The position numbers were made by a program, and so were the translations under genes. From Planctomycetota bacterium (lineage in GTDB: Bacteria > Planctomycetota > UBA8742 > UBA2392), in the NCBI GenBank assembly GCA_019636215.1, contig JAHBXZ010000011.1:34697-98696 (forward strand): a stretch of DNA of 64,000 bases, in the 5' to 3' direction. Below, in pieces: positions 45,734-57,236 of the stretch. The notes under the pieces were generated by a model. That model searched no databases. It worked only from the letters and a program-made list of their open reading frames with translations, and was not told the DNA's origin. Position 1 is the first letter of the stretch; the number at the start of each line of letters is the position of its first letter.

Positions 45734-46831
45734 CTACCCCAGTGCCTCCACATCGCGTCTGAGGCCCTGATAAATGCCGTCCACGCTGCCGCGTGCATCG
45801 AACTCGTGCAGTATGCCGCTGTCGCGATAGTACGGCACAAGCGGCCCGGTGCTGCTGTCGTAGACTTCGAGGCGCTGGCGGACTTTCTCCGGCTCGTCGT
45901 CGGTGCGCTGGTACGTTTCACCGCCACAGGCATCGCAAACGCCCGGTACGCGCGTCGGCGAATACAAGGCGTGGCTGATCGCGCCGCAGGCCCGGCACGT
46001 GCGCCGGCCACTGATGCGCTCGACGATGACTTCGCGCGGGGCGTCAAAGTAAAGCACCGCAGAAACGCGCTCGCCCCTCACTGCCAGAGCCTGAGCCAGC
46101 CGATCCGCCTGCGCCACAGTACGCGGGAATCCGTCCAGGATGTAGCCGCCGCGGCAATCAGGCGCGGCAATGCGATCCATGACCAGGTCAACGACAAGAT
46201 CATCCGGCACCAACCGGCCCGAGTTCATGAACTCCTTGGCTTTCAAGCCCAGCGGCGTGTCGCGCTTGAGGTGATCACGAAACAGATCGCCCGTGCTGAT
46301 GTGCGGCAGGCCCAGGTCTGTGGCCAGCTTCGCGGCCTGCGTGCCCTTGCCTACGCCCGGCGGTCCCATGAACACCAGGACCAGGCGGCGCTCGGGCCGC
46401 GAGGGCTCGACGATTGACAGCGGTTTGGGCGTGGGCATGGGCCGTATAGCGGCTGCTTCAACAAACGCCGGCTCGGACTTAAGTGTATTGCGCGGGGCCT
46501 TGCGAACAGCCGGGGCGGCCTTCCTGGGCGCCGGCAGTTTCTTGCGGGTGGCCTTGCGCGGGGCTGTTTTCTTTGCGGGTTTCTTTGCAGGCTTGCCGGC
46601 GCTGTTGCGGGTCTTGTTCACCGGCCGTTTGGCGGGTGACTTGAGCTTGCGTTTGGTTGCTGACTTTTTCGCCGCTGCTCTTGCCGGCTTTCTTGCCGGC
46701 TTTTTGGCAGCTTTCTTGGCTGGCTTCCTTGCAAGTTTCTTGGCCGGCTTTCGGGCGGTCTTCTTTGCGGGCTTCCGTGCCGGCTTTGTGGTCTTCTTTG
46801 CAGGCTTTTTCGCAGGCTTTTTCTTTGGCAT
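45734..46831 (-). CDS. adk: Adenylate kinase (zinc-lid type) with an about 150-aa Lys/Ala/Pro-rich histone-H1-like N-terminal extension
   Basis: Adk core MGPPGVGKGTQA...; Cys4 lid CRACG...CDACG. The N-terminus is repetitive PAKKP/ARKPAKK, in frame with no stop. Confidence 0.85.
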   Translation of the reverse strand: MPKKKPAKKPAKKTTKPARKPAKKTARKPAKKLARKPAKKAAKKPARKPARAAAKKSATKRKLKSPAKRPVNKTRNSAGKPAKKPAKKTAPRKATRKKLPAPRKAAPAVRKAPRNTLKSEPAFVEAAAIRPMPTPKPLSIVEPSRPERRLVLVFMGPPGVGKGTQAAKLATDLGLPHISTGDLFRDHLKRDTPLGLKAKEFMNSGRLVPDDLVVDLVMDRIAAPDCRGGYILDGFPRTVAQADRLAQALAVRGERVSAVLYFDAPREVIVERISGRRTCRACGAISHALYSPTRVPGVCDACGGETYQRTDDEPEKVRQRLEVYDSSTGPLVPYYRDSGILHEFDARGSVDGIYQGLRRDVEALG

Positions 46832-46896
46832 GGGGTCCTCTCAATGGCAACGGGCGCCCAGACGGCGCCCGGATTTGCCTTGCTGTCCGGGGCTGA

Positions 46897-48315
<1,419 letters not shown>

Positions 48316-48414
48316 CTTCGCCTCATCTGGGGCCGCGCCATGCAGCGCGAGGCGCCCTTTTACTCATTCGTTAACGCCGCGTAAACGGCGGTTCACATTC
48401 ACGGTAACTGCGTA

Positions 48415-48885
48415 CTACTTGCCGGTCTTTGCCTTGCTTTCGATGACCACGCACTTTCCGCCGGCCTTTTCAATCTTTTCCTTGGCCGAAGCGCTGAAGC
48501 GGTGGGCCTTGACCGTAAGCTTGCGGGTCAAGTCGCCATCGCCCAGCACCTTCACGCCGTCGGCGACCTTGTTGATCATGCCGGCCTTGAGAAATTCCTC
48601 AGGGCCGACCGTGGTGCCGTTTTCGAAGTCGTTCAGCGAACGGATGTTCAGCACCACGATGTTGGTGCGGAACGTCTTGTTGTTAAAGCCGACCTTGGGC
48701 AGGCGGCGCACCAGCGGCATCTGGCCGCCTTCAAAGTAATAGCGATGCGTGAAGCCCGTGCGGGCCGACGCACCCTTGCCGCCGCGGCCGGCAGTCTTGC
48801 CTTTGCCGGTGCCGGGCCCACGGCCCTTGCGGACCATCGGGCGTTTGCGTGTGCGGGGTTTACCCTTGAGATCAGTCAGGTTCAT
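48415..48885 (-). CDS. rplO: 50S ribosomal protein L15
   Basis: MNLTDLKGKPRTRKRPMVRKGRGPGTGKGKTAGRGGKG... Confidence 0.92.
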   Translation of the reverse strand: MNLTDLKGKPRTRKRPMVRKGRGPGTGKGKTAGRGGKGASARTGFTHRYYFEGGQMPLVRRLPKVGFNNKTFRTNIVVLNIRSLNDFENGTTVGPEEFLKAGMINKVADGVKVLGDGDLTRKLTVKAHRFSASAKEKIEKAGGKCVVIESKAKTGK

Positions 48886-48973
48886 CTTGCGCTCCCTCGG
48901 GTCGTGCCCGGGTCACTCGGCATTGCCTGGTTGCGGCGCACAGCGCGCACGCGAATCAAAAGCCCGGGTCGCC

Positions 48974-49705
48974 CTATTCGGCGGCCGGGGCATCCGGCGT
49001 TTCGGTGGTGCCGGTGGCACCCGCGGAATCGCCACCCTCTTCTTCGCCACGGCCACGACGGCCGCGACCGCCGCCGCCACGTCCACCACGCTCGGGCTTT
49101 CCGCCACGGCGGGCGTCTCGCTGCTTGCGGGCGCGCTCTTCCTTGTCCAGGCCCGTGGGCTCCAGCTTCGGGCGGTCACGGTCGGCCAGCACGGGCAGGC
49201 CGCGCAGAGTGAAGATTGTTTCTTTGCTGCGCAGCTGGTTCAAACCGTCCAGCGTGGCCTTGGCCAGGTTCAGCGGGTTACGGCTGCCCATGGCTTTGGT
49301 CAGGATGTTGCGGATGCCCAGCTCTTCCACGACGGCGCGCACCGTGGCGCCGGCCTTAATGCCGGTACCGGGCGCGGCCGGGCGCAGAATCACGCGCGAG
49401 CTGCGATACTTGCCGATCACCAGGTGCGGGATGGTGTCGCCGCGCAGCGGGTAACGGTACAGGTTCTTTTTGGCGTCGCGGGCTGCTTTCTCGATGCTGT
49501 TGGGAACTTCGCGCGCCTTGCCCTGGCCCAGGCCGATCGTGCCGCGGCGGTCGCCGACGATCACAAGCGCCGAAAAGCCGAACCGACGCCCGCCCTTGAC
49601 CACGGCGGCCGTACGGTTGACGCGCACTACTCTTTCTTCACCAAGCTCAAGATCCCGAGCCGACATGCGTGTAGCCATTGACATCCTCTTTCGTGTGCCG
49701 GGCAA
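48974..49705 (-). CDS. rpsE: 30S ribosomal protein S5 with an about 70-aa Arg-Gly-rich (RGG-box-like) C-terminal extension
   Basis: Core ...RVNRTAAVVKGGRRFGFSALVIVGD...; tail ...RRGGKPERGGRGGGGRGRRGRGEEEGGD.... The true start may be one of the internal Met codons (MSMATRMSARD). Confidence 0.88.
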   Translation of the reverse strand: MPGTRKRMSMATRMSARDLELGEERVVRVNRTAAVVKGGRRFGFSALVIVGDRRGTIGLGQGKAREVPNSIEKAARDAKKNLYRYPLRGDTIPHLVIGKYRSSRVILRPAAPGTGIKAGATVRAVVEELGIRNILTKAMGSRNPLNLAKATLDGLNQLRSKETIFTLRGLPVLADRDRPKLEPTGLDKEERARKQRDARRGGKPERGGRGGGGRGRRGRGEEEGGDSAGATGTTETPDAPAAE

Positions 49706-49719
49706 TCCCGGCGGATTTT

Positions 49720-50082
49720 CTAGAACTCCAGGCCGGCTTCGCGCGCCGCGTCCGCCAGGGCCTTGATGCGGCCGTGGTACTTGTAAGGCCCGCGGTCAAA
49801 GGCCACCTGCTTGATGCCCTTGGCCAGCGCGAGCTCGGCGACTTTCTTGCCGACGGCCTTGGCACCGGCGACGTTGCCGCCTGTCTTGACTTCGGCCTTT
49901 TTGCCGTGCGTGGTTACTGCCACCAGGGTGCGCTGGGCTTTGTCGTCGATGATCTGCACCGCGATGTGGCGCGCGCTGCGGAACACTGACAGACGGGGCC
50001 GTGTGCCGGCCGCGCGCTGGCGGTTGCGTGTACGGTACGCCCGACGGAGCCGCTGTTCGGACTTGAGCTTGTTCTTTTCCAT
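49720..50082 (-). CDS. rplR: 50S ribosomal protein L18
   Basis: Start MEKNKLKSEQRLRRAYRTRNRQ... Confidence 0.9.
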   Translation of the reverse strand: MEKNKLKSEQRLRRAYRTRNRQRAAGTRPRLSVFRSARHIAVQIIDDKAQRTLVAVTTHGKKAEVKTGGNVAGAKAVGKKVAELALAKGIKQVAFDRGPYKYHGRIKALADAAREAGLEF

Positions 50083-50166
50083 GTTCCTGCTTCCCAAACG
50101 GGCCCAAAGCACCCGATGTTTCTGTTTTCATGCGCGACCTTGCCGCGCGACAGTCCGCTACCCCGT

Positions 50167-50715
50167 TTACTTGCCGCCGCCGACGAAGCTCTTGCCTGCC
50201 TTGCGGATGATGCGCTCGCCCTCATAGCGCACGCCCTTGCCCTTGTAGGGCTCCGGCTTGCGGCTGGAACGAATCACGCTGGCAAACTGCCCCACGGCCT
50301 GTTTGCTGATGCCGGTGATTTCAATGCGCTGCGGGTTGGGCAGCACGCACTTGACGCCCTCGGGGATATCAAGGTCCACGGTATGGCAGTAGCCGACCTG
50401 CAGCACCAGCTGCTTGCCCTGCACTTTGCCCTGCCAGCCCACACCCACGATATCCAGGTTCTTCTGGTAGCCCTGGGTGACGCCGCGGATCATGTTGGCA
50501 AGGTTGGCGCGGGTGGTGCCGTGCAGCGCCTTGGAGAACTTGCTGTCGTTGTTGCGTTCGACCTTGATCGTGGTGCCGCTGATCTCGACCTTGATTTCAG
50601 GCCGCAGGCTGAGCGAAAGCTTCCCTTTGGGGCCTTCCATGGTGACCGAGCCGCCGCTGACAACGGCCTTCACGCCGCCGGGCAGGGTCAATGGTTGTTT
50701 GCCGATTCGTGACAT
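50167..50715 (-). CDS. rplF: 50S ribosomal protein L6
   Basis: MSRIGKQPLTLPGGVKAVVSGGSVTMEGPKGKLS... Confidence 0.92.
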   Translation of the reverse strand: MSRIGKQPLTLPGGVKAVVSGGSVTMEGPKGKLSLSLRPEIKVEISGTTIKVERNNDSKFSKALHGTTRANLANMIRGVTQGYQKNLDIVGVGWQGKVQGKQLVLQVGYCHTVDLDIPEGVKCVLPNPQRIEITGISKQAVGQFASVIRSSRKPEPYKGKGVRYEGERIIRKAGKSFVGGGK

Positions 50716-50760
50716 GACTGTTTCCTTGCGCTGGCGGGCCGCGAAATGCGGCGCGCCGGG

Positions 50761-51159
50761 TTAGCCAACCTTGCAGATCAATTCGCCGCCGACGCACTGT
50801 TTGCGGCACTCGCGGTCCGAAAGCACGCCCTTGCTGGTGGACAGTACGCAGATGCCCATTCCGCCGCGGACGCGCGGGATATCCTTGACGTCCGAGTACA
50901 CGCGGCGACCGGGCTTGCTGACGCGGTCCATCTTGGTGATCACGCGCTCGCCGTCGGGGCCATAGCGCAGCGCGATCAGAAGCTGGCGCGCGGGGCCGTC
51001 GCCCTCCACCTTCACTGCGTTGACGTAACCTTCACGACGCAGCACGTTGGCGACTTCGAGCTTGAGCTTGGAATACGGAACGGTGACCTCGGGCGAGCCG
51101 TTGTGGTTGGCGTTGCGAATCCGGGTCAGCATATCCGAAATTGGGTCGGTCAGTGACAT
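50761..51159 (-). CDS. rpsH: 30S ribosomal protein S8
   Basis: MSLTDPISDMLTRIRNANHNGSPEVTVPYSKLK... Confidence 0.92.
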   Translation of the reverse strand: MSLTDPISDMLTRIRNANHNGSPEVTVPYSKLKLEVANVLRREGYVNAVKVEGDGPARQLLIALRYGPDGERVITKMDRVSKPGRRVYSDVKDIPRVRGGMGICVLSTSKGVLSDRECRKQCVGGELICKVG

Positions 51160-51218
51160 CTGGTCTTGCTCCTTACAGTCCTCTTGAGGCGGTCGGTCTG
51201 GACGCCTGCAACCTGCTG

Positions 51219-51404
51219 CTACCAGCTGGCCTTCTTCATGCCCGGGATTTCCCCGCGGCTGGCCATTTCACGCAGGCAGCAACGGCAGATCTTCAGCTTG
51301 CGATACACCGCGCGCGGCCGGCCGCAGATCTGGCAACGGTTGCGGTGGCGCGTGGTGAACTTCGGCGTCTTTTGCGACTTCACTACGAGGCACGTTCTGC
51401 TCAC
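51219..51404 (-). CDS. rpsN: 30S ribosomal protein S14, zinc-binding type Z (61 aa)
   Basis: Two CxxC pairs (CQICGRP...CRCC). Confidence 0.9.
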   Translation of the reverse strand: MSRTCLVVKSQKTPKFTTRHRNRCQICGRPRAVYRKLKICRCCLREMASRGEIPGMKKASW

Positions 51405-51466
51405 TGTATTCTCCTGCGCTTTCGCGACGGGTTCTCTTCATTGCAACAGCAACTGCTTCACTGCAA

Positions 51467-52078
51467 TCAACTGGCCTGCTTTCCCTTGGCGGGCAACCGC
51501 TTGAGCGGAACACCCAGGCCCAACAGCAGTTCGCGGGACCACTCATCGTTGCCGCCGCTGATGCTGAAGGCGATATCCATGCCCTGCACTTCCTTGACCT
51601 TGTCCAGCTCGATGTCCGGGAAAATCGTCTGTTCGGACAATCCCATGTTGTAGTTGCCGCGGCCGTCAAAGCTTCGCGGGTTCAGGCCCTGGAAGTCGCG
51701 GATACGCGGAACCGCGATGCTGACCAGCTTTTCCAGGAACAGCCACATACGGTCGCCGCGCAGCGTAACCTTGGCGCCCACAGGGTCGCCTTCGCGAAGC
51801 TTCCAGGTGGCAACTGCCAGCTTGGAATGCCGGATCAGCGCCTTCTGGCCGGCGATCTCGGTCAGGTCCTTGGTCAGCGCCTCGGCAAGGCTCTTGTTCT
51901 TGCTGGCCTGGCCGAAACCCATGTTCAAGGTGATCTTCTTCAGCCGGGGCACAGCCATCATGTTGTCGATGCCGAACTTCTCGCGCAGCGCGGGCACCAC
52001 TTCCTTGTGGTACTTTGCGCGCAGGCGCGGCTCGACCTTCTGCCGTGGTGCCGCGGGTGCTTTCTCTTTCTTGGCCAT
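51467..52078 (-). CDS. rplE: 50S ribosomal protein L5
   Basis: Start MAKKEKAPAAPRQKVEPRLRAKYHKEVVPAL... (the track ORF extends 82 codons further upstream and is probably spurious). Confidence 0.9.
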   Translation of the reverse strand: MAKKEKAPAAPRQKVEPRLRAKYHKEVVPALREKFGIDNMMAVPRLKKITLNMGFGQASKNKSLAEALTKDLTEIAGQKALIRHSKLAVATWKLREGDPVGAKVTLRGDRMWLFLEKLVSIAVPRIRDFQGLNPRSFDGRGNYNMGLSEQTIFPDIELDKVKEVQGMDIAFSISGGNDEWSRELLLGLGVPLKRLPAKGKQAS

Positions 52079-52134
52079 GACTTCCTTCTTCCTGTTTGCT
52101 GCCTCCGTGCTCTCGCCGGGGCGATGCCGGATGA

Positions 52135-52470
52135 TTACTCGCCGACCTGGGTGTTCGTGCTCTTGAAGTAGCGAACCTTCTTGCCGTTGACCGACTTGAA
52201 ATGCACGCGTTCGGGCTTGCCGGACTTCTCGTTGAACAGCATCACGTTCTCTACGGGCATGAAGGCCTCGCGCTGAACACGACCGCCCTGCTGGTTCTGC
52301 TCGGTCTTGCGCAGGTGCTTCCACACCATGTTCTTGCCGCCGATCACGACACGGCGCTTGACCGTGTCCACGCGCAGAACCTGCCCGCTGGGCTTCTTGG
52401 CCTCTTCGGCGGTCTGCGGGCGATCCTTGCCCTTGATGATCTGAACTGTGTCGCCAATCCTGATGTGCAT
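52135..52470 (-). CDS. rplX: 50S ribosomal protein L24
   Basis: MHIRIGDTVQIIKGKD... Confidence 0.9.
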   Translation of the reverse strand: MHIRIGDTVQIIKGKDRPQTAEEAKKPSGQVLRVDTVKRRVVIGGKNMVWKHLRKTEQNQQGGRVQREAFMPVENVMLFNEKSGKPERVHFKSVNGKKVRYFKSTNTQVGE

Positions 52471-52504
52471 GACTGTCTCCGGCCTGTTTCGGTGCTGCTA
52501 TGCG

Positions 52505-52897
52505 TTAGACCACTTCCGTGGCAAGCGAAACGATCTTCATGAACTTCTTGGCGCGCAGCTCACGGGCGACAGCGCCGAAAATGCGGGTGCCGACAGGGTT
52601 GCCTTCTTTGTCGACAATCACTGCGGCATTGCGGTCAAAGCGGATGTAGCTGCCGTCATCGCGGCGAACCGCGGCGCGGGTGCGCACGATCACGCAGCGC
52701 ACAATGCGCTTCTTCTTGTCCTTCTTGGTGACCTTCTTGAACAGGTCACAGGTCGGGGTGGCCGACTTGATCACTGCGATCACCACGTCGCCCACCGTGC
52801 CGTACCTGCGCCCGGAGTTGCCGAGAACCTTGATGGTCTCGACTTCCTTGGCGCCGGTGTTGTCGGCGACGTCCATTCTTGTCTGTTCCTGAATCAT
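52505..52897 (-). CDS. rplN: 50S ribosomal protein L14
   Basis: [26 protein letters not shown]... Confidence 0.92.
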   Translation of the reverse strand: MIQEQTRMDVADNTGAKEVETIKVLGNSGRRYGTVGDVVIAVIKSATPTCDLFKKVTKKDKKKRIVRCVIVRTRAAVRRDDGSYIRFDRNAAVIVDKEGNPVGTRIFGAVARELRAKKFMKIVSLATEVV

Positions 52898-52938
52898 TTT
52901 CGTTCCTTATCCCGGCGCGAAGTTGCCGCCTGGATTCT

Positions 52939-53277
52939 TCAGCTCTTCGTTTCGGCCGGCTTGCTGTCACCGGACTCGTGCAACAGTGCCTCGTGGGCGC
53001 GACGGACCACGCGCACCAGGCGCCAGGTCTTGGTCTTGGACAGCGGGCGGGTTGCCATGATTTCCACCAGGTCCCCCACCTTGGCTTCGTTGTTCTCGTC
53101 GTGCGCGTGCAGCTTGGTGTTGCGCTTGACGTACTTGCCGTAGCGGGCGTTGCGCACCGGGCGCTGCCACAGGACGGTGATCGTCTTCTGCATCTTGTTG
53201 CTGACGACCGTACCCATGCGGCGGCGGCGCTGGTTGCGTTCCGCTTCGGTTTCCTGCTTTGCCTGTTCGTTGCTCAT
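52939..53277 (-). CDS. rpsQ: 30S ribosomal protein S17 (short N-terminal extension)
   Basis: ...[53 protein letters not shown]... Confidence 0.9.
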   Translation of the reverse strand: MSNEQAKQETEAERNQRRRRMGTVVSNKMQKTITVLWQRPVRNARYGKYVKRNTKLHAHDENNEAKVGDLVEIMATRPLSKTKTWRLVRVVRRAHEALLHESGDSKPAETKS

Positions 53278-53322
53278 GTCTGCTCCGGCCCTGCGTGTTG
53301 ATGTCTGCCTGCGTTCCGTCCG

Positions 53323-53862
53323 TTACTTGTCAGCCTTCTTCTTGGCCTTGGGTTTGGTTTCAGCCTTGGCTTCCTTCTTGGCGGGCTTTTCCGCCTTGGG
53401 CTTCTCGGCCTTTTCCTTGGCCGGCTTGGCGGCCTTTTCGGCCGCGGGCTTGGCCACCTTTTCGGCCGGCGCGGCATCGACCGACTTCGCCACTGCCGGC
53501 TTTGCAGCCTTGGGGGCGGACTCGCCGGTCAACTCGCGCACTGCCCGCCGGGCCACTTCCAGCTGGCCTGCCACCATGCTGCGGCGGCGCTTGTGCTCCT
53601 GCGTGCCTTCGTGGGCCTTGCCCAGTCCCGAAAGCTTCAGTTCCAGCTGGCGTACTTCTTCCTGGCGGCGGGCCAGCGCAACGCGGCCCTGCAGCAGCGT
53701 GTGGATGCGGGCAATCTCGCGGCGGCGCTTGCGGATTTCCGCACCCTTGCGGGGATTGGCAACCTCGGTGCTGAACCGAGACTTGAAGATCTCGCCGTTC
53801 AGCTCGTTCAGCCTGCCGCGCAGCTCTTTTTCAGTCTGGCCTTTGATCTGGTCAATGCTCAT
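53323..53862 (-). CDS. rpmC: 50S ribosomal protein L29 with an about 110-aa coiled-coil plus Lys/Ala/Pro-rich C-terminal extension (179 aa versus about 65 aa typical)
   Basis: L29 core MSIDQIKGQTEKELRGRLNELNGEIFKSRF...IARIHTLLQGR, then ...AKPAVAKSVDAAPAEKVAKPAAEKAAKPAKEKAEKPKAEKPAKKEAKAETKPKAKKKADK. Confidence 0.88.
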   Translation of the reverse strand: MSIDQIKGQTEKELRGRLNELNGEIFKSRFSTEVANPRKGAEIRKRRREIARIHTLLQGRVALARRQEEVRQLELKLSGLGKAHEGTQEHKRRRSMVAGQLEVARRAVRELTGESAPKAAKPAVAKSVDAAPAEKVAKPAAEKAAKPAKEKAEKPKAEKPAKKEAKAETKPKAKKKADK

Positions 53863-53913
53863 GGCTTCTCTCGTTCCCAGCCCCCGGCCCAGCCGGAGGC
53901 TACGGTTGACTCG

Positions 53914-54336
53914 TTATCCAATGTCGTGCTTGCGTTCGATCATGCGGCAGCGCAGCGGCATCTTGTGGGCCGCCTTGGCCAGCGCCTCGCGGCACACTTC
54001 CAGGCCCAGGCCGCCTACTTCAAACAGCACCGCGCCCGGCTTGACCACCGCACACCAGAACTCGGGCTCGCCCTTGCCGCCGCCCTGGCGGGTTTCCAAC
54101 GGCTTGGCCGAAACCGGCTTGTGCGGGAAGATGCGGATCCAGTACTTGCCGCTGCGGCCCATGGCGCGCGAAAGCGCCACGCGCGCGGCTTCGATCTGGC
54201 GGCCGGTGATCCAGCCGGGTTCCAGAACCTGCAGGCCGGCATCGCCGAACGCGACATAGTTGCCGCGCGTGGCGTTACCCTTGACCTTGCCGCGCATCAC
54301 CTTGCGGTATCTTGTTCTTGTAGGAAGCAGTGCCAT
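53914..54336 (-). CDS. rplP: 50S ribosomal protein L16
   Basis: [26 protein letters not shown]... Confidence 0.92.
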   Translation of the reverse strand: MALLPTRTRYRKVMRGKVKGNATRGNYVAFGDAGLQVLEPGWITGRQIEAARVALSRAMGRSGKYWIRIFPHKPVSAKPLETRQGGGKGEPEFWCAVVKPGAVLFEVGGLGLEVCREALAKAAHKMPLRCRMIERKHDIG

Positions 54337-54393
54337 CGTTTTGCTCCGGGTACAGCCCTTGTTCGTCTTTACTCAGTCCTGTGGGTCGAAACT

Positions 54394-55062
54394 CTATTCC
54401 GCTGCCAGGCCGTACTTGGCCTCTTCGGTCTGTTTCATCAGGCCGCGGTTGATCCACACCTTGATGCCCAGCACACCGTAGGTCGTGAATGCCTGGCCAA
54501 AGCCGTAGTCAATGTCGGCGTCCAGGGTGGTAAGGGGCACTGAGCCCCAGACCTGCTTTTCCTGGCGCGACAGTTCCGCGCCGCCCAGCCGGCCTGAAAC
54601 CTGGATCTTTACGCCTTCGGCACCGGCGCCACGGATCAGCTCAAGCTCGCGCTTGACCGCACGGCGGAAGCTGCCACGGCGTTCCAGCTGCTCAGCGATG
54701 CGCTCTGCGGCAAGCTGCGCGTCAAGCTCGGGCTTCTGGACTTCCATGACGCGGATGTCGACCTGCTTGCCGTTGGTCAGCAACGACAGTTCCTTTTCCA
54801 GGTCCGACAGGCGGTTGGTCTTCTTGCTGATCAGCATGCCCGGCTTGGCGGTGAACACGAACACCGTGATCTTGTCGCCTTCCTTGCGCTCAATCTCGAC
54901 GCGCGGGATGCTGGCGTACTTGTATTCCTTGGTGACGTGCTTGCGGATCTTGGCGTCTTCCACCAAGAAGGTGCCAAAGCTCTTCTTGTTGGCAAACCAA
55001 CGCGAACGCCACGGCTTGGTGACGCCCACCCGAAAGCTGTATGGCCGGATCTTCTGGCCCAT
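54394..55062 (-). CDS. rpsC: 30S ribosomal protein S3
   Basis: Start MGQKIRPYSFRVGVTKPWRSRWFANKK (the track ORF carries a spurious 58-codon upstream extension). Confidence 0.9.
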   Translation of the reverse strand: MGQKIRPYSFRVGVTKPWRSRWFANKKSFGTFLVEDAKIRKHVTKEYKYASIPRVEIERKEGDKITVFVFTAKPGMLISKKTNRLSDLEKELSLLTNGKQVDIRVMEVQKPELDAQLAAERIAEQLERRGSFRRAVKRELELIRGAGAEGVKIQVSGRLGGAELSRQEKQVWGSVPLTTLDADIDYGFGQAFTTYGVLGIKVWINRGLMKQTEEAKYGLAAE

Positions 55063-55096
55063 GTGTTTCTCCGTCTTTCCCTTTGCCTGACCTGCT

Positions 55097-55675
55097 CTAC
55101 TTGCCGGCTTTCTTTGCGGGCTTCTTGGCTGCCTTTGCTTCTTCCTTGGCTGCGGGCTTGTCCGCCTTCCTGGCTGCCTTGGCAGCGGGCTTTGCCGCTT
55201 CCTTGACGGCCGCTGCGGCGCCCTCACGCTTGGCAAGGCGCTGTTCCTTGCTGATGCGCTTGCGCGGCCGGGCGAACGCCGGACGACCCTTCTTCTTTTC
55301 CTCGATGTGCGCGGCTTCTGCCACGCGCACCGTCATATGGCAGGTGTGGCGAGTGAAAGGATGAGCCATGCCGCGCGAACGCGGGCGCCACCGCTTCATG
55401 CGCGGGCCTTCGTCGGCAAAGGCATCAGCCACCACCAGCGTCTCGGTCTCGACCGGCACACCAGAACGATTGGCGTATTCCTCGGCGTTGGCCACGGCGC
55501 TGCGGATCAGCTTGCTGATCTCCGGCGCCGCGCGCTTGTTCACAAAGCGCAGCAGGGTCATCGCCTCTACGGCATTGCGACCGCGCACGATGTCCATGAC
55601 CAGGCGTGCCTTGCGGGCGCTCATGCGCACGTTTCGGGCAATCGCATGGAACTCTTTTGTCGTTTGCTCGGCCAT
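55097..55675 (-). CDS. rplV: 50S ribosomal protein L22 with Lys/Ala-rich C-terminal tail
   Basis: Start MAEQTTKEFHAIARNVRMSARKARLVMDIVRG (GGAG SD); tail ...AAKPAAKAARKADKPAAKEEAKAAKKPAKKAGK. Confidence 0.9.
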   Translation of the reverse strand: MAEQTTKEFHAIARNVRMSARKARLVMDIVRGRNAVEAMTLLRFVNKRAAPEISKLIRSAVANAEEYANRSGVPVETETLVVADAFADEGPRMKRWRPRSRGMAHPFTRHTCHMTVRVAEAAHIEEKKKGRPAFARPRKRISKEQRLAKREGAAAAVKEAAKPAAKAARKADKPAAKEEAKAAKKPAKKAGK

Positions 55676-55732
55676 GTCAGCCGTCTCCCTCTTTCCTTCA
55701 TGCGCGGGCGCGCAATCGCGCACCCTTCAGCG

Positions 55733-56002
55733 TTAGGCCTTGCGGTGACCGGTGTGGCCCTTGAACGAGCGGGTCGGTGAAAACTCGCCCAGCTTGTGCC
55801 CTACCATGTCTTCCGTGACGAAAACCTTGATGTGCTGCTTGCCGTTGTGAACCAAGAACGTCAGGTTGACGAATTCGGGGATGATGGTGCTGGCGCGCGA
55901 CCAGGTCTTGATGGACTCGCGGGACTTCTCGTCGCGGGCCTTCATCACCTTCTTCATCAGCTTCGGGTCCACAAAGGGGCCCTTCTTCAGCGAACGGCTC
56001 AT
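55733..56002 (-). CDS. rpsS: 30S ribosomal protein S19
   Basis: [19 protein letters not shown]... Confidence 0.92.
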   Translation of the reverse strand: MSRSLKKGPFVDPKLMKKVMKARDEKSRESIKTWSRASTIIPEFVNLTFLVHNGKQHIKVFVTEDMVGHKLGEFSPTRSFKGHTGHRKA

Positions 56003-56045
56003 GTCGTCTTCCTCTTATGCCCTGGCACAAGGCCGGGGCGCATTC

Positions 56046-56891
56046 CTAGTTCTTGGGCGTCGTTCCGCGACGGGTACGGATCACATACACATCGTTGGGG
56101 TTGCGCTGCTTGCGCGTACGAGAGCCCTTGGCCGGGTTGCCGTGGCGATCCACCGGTGTGCGACCGCCGCCGGTACGGTCGTTGCCGCCGCCGTGCGGGT
56201 GATCCACCGGGTTCATGCTGGTACCGCGGTTGTGTGGCCGGCGACCAAGCCAGCGCATGCGGCCGGCTTTGCCGTACTCCACGTTCATGTGGTCCAGGTT
56301 GCTGACCTGGCCGATGGTGGCGCGGCAGTCGCCGGGCACCCGACGAATCTCGCCGCTGGGCAGCTGGACGTTCACCCATGCGCCATCGGGACCGGCAACC
56401 ACGCACTGTGAACCGGCGCCGCGTGCAACCTGTCCGCCACGACCGGGCTTCAGCTCCACGTTGTGAACCAGCAGGCCCTGCGGGATCAGGCGCAGCGGCA
56501 GGCAGTTGCCCGGGCGGGGCTCGGCCTTGTCGCCGGACATGACCACCTGGCCGACTTCAAGCCCGTGTGGGGCCAGGATGTAATCCTTTGCGCCGTTGGC
56601 ATACCAGATCTGCGCGATGAAGCAGGAACGGTTCGGGTCGTACTCAATCGACTTGACCGTGGCCGGAATGTTGTCGTGCGCGTTGCGGCGGAAGTCAATG
56701 TCGCGATAGCGGCGCTTGTGCCCGCCGCCACGATAGGCGCTGGTCGTGCGGCCGCGGTTGTTGCGACCGCCGGTGCCCTTCTTGCCACGCGTATGGGACT
56801 TGAGCGGCTTGGTGTCTGACAGGCCGCTGTAGTCCACCAGGCGCGTGTGGCGCAAGGAGGGGGTCATGGGACGGAAACTCTTGATCGGCAT
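56046..56891 (-). CDS. rplB: 50S ribosomal protein L2
   Basis: MPIKSFRPMTPSLRH...GGGHKRRYR... Confidence 0.93.
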   Translation of the reverse strand: MPIKSFRPMTPSLRHTRLVDYSGLSDTKPLKSHTRGKKGTGGRNNRGRTTSAYRGGGHKRRYRDIDFRRNAHDNIPATVKSIEYDPNRSCFIAQIWYANGAKDYILAPHGLEVGQVVMSGDKAEPRPGNCLPLRLIPQGLLVHNVELKPGRGGQVARGAGSQCVVAGPDGAWVNVQLPSGEIRRVPGDCRATIGQVSNLDHMNVEYGKAGRMRWLGRRPHNRGTSMNPVDHPHGGGNDRTGGGRTPVDRHGNPAKGSRTRKQRNPNDVYVIRTRRGTTPKN

Positions 56892-56942
56892 GGCTTCTTA
56901 CCTTTCCCGGCTTTTCGCCCCGGGTGGGCATGGTTGAGTCGT

Positions 56943-57233
56943 CTAGCTGATTTCGATGGACTGGCCCTTTTCCAGCGTGATCAGGGCCTTCTTCCAGTTG
57001 CTTTCGTTGTAAATGCCGTAGCGGTTGCGGCGGCCTTTACGGCCACGCACGGTTACGGTGCGCACTTTTGTGACCGTGACGTTGAAGATGTCGCGGATCG
57101 CCTGGGCGATCTGCAGCTTGTTGGCGTTGATGTCGACCTCGAAGGTGTAGACACCGTCGGGCATCTGCGCGCTGCTCTTTTCGGTGATCAGCGGGCGCTT
57201 GATGATGGCGAACTGTTGTGCGGTGGCCGGCAT
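56943..57233 (-). CDS. rplW: 50S ribosomal protein L23
   Basis: ...FAIIKRPLITEKS... Confidence 0.9.
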   Translation of the reverse strand: MPATAQQFAIIKRPLITEKSSAQMPDGVYTFEVDINANKLQIAQAIRDIFNVTVTKVRTVTVRGRKGRRNRYGIYNESNWKKALITLEKGQSIEIS

Positions 57234-57236
57234 GGC

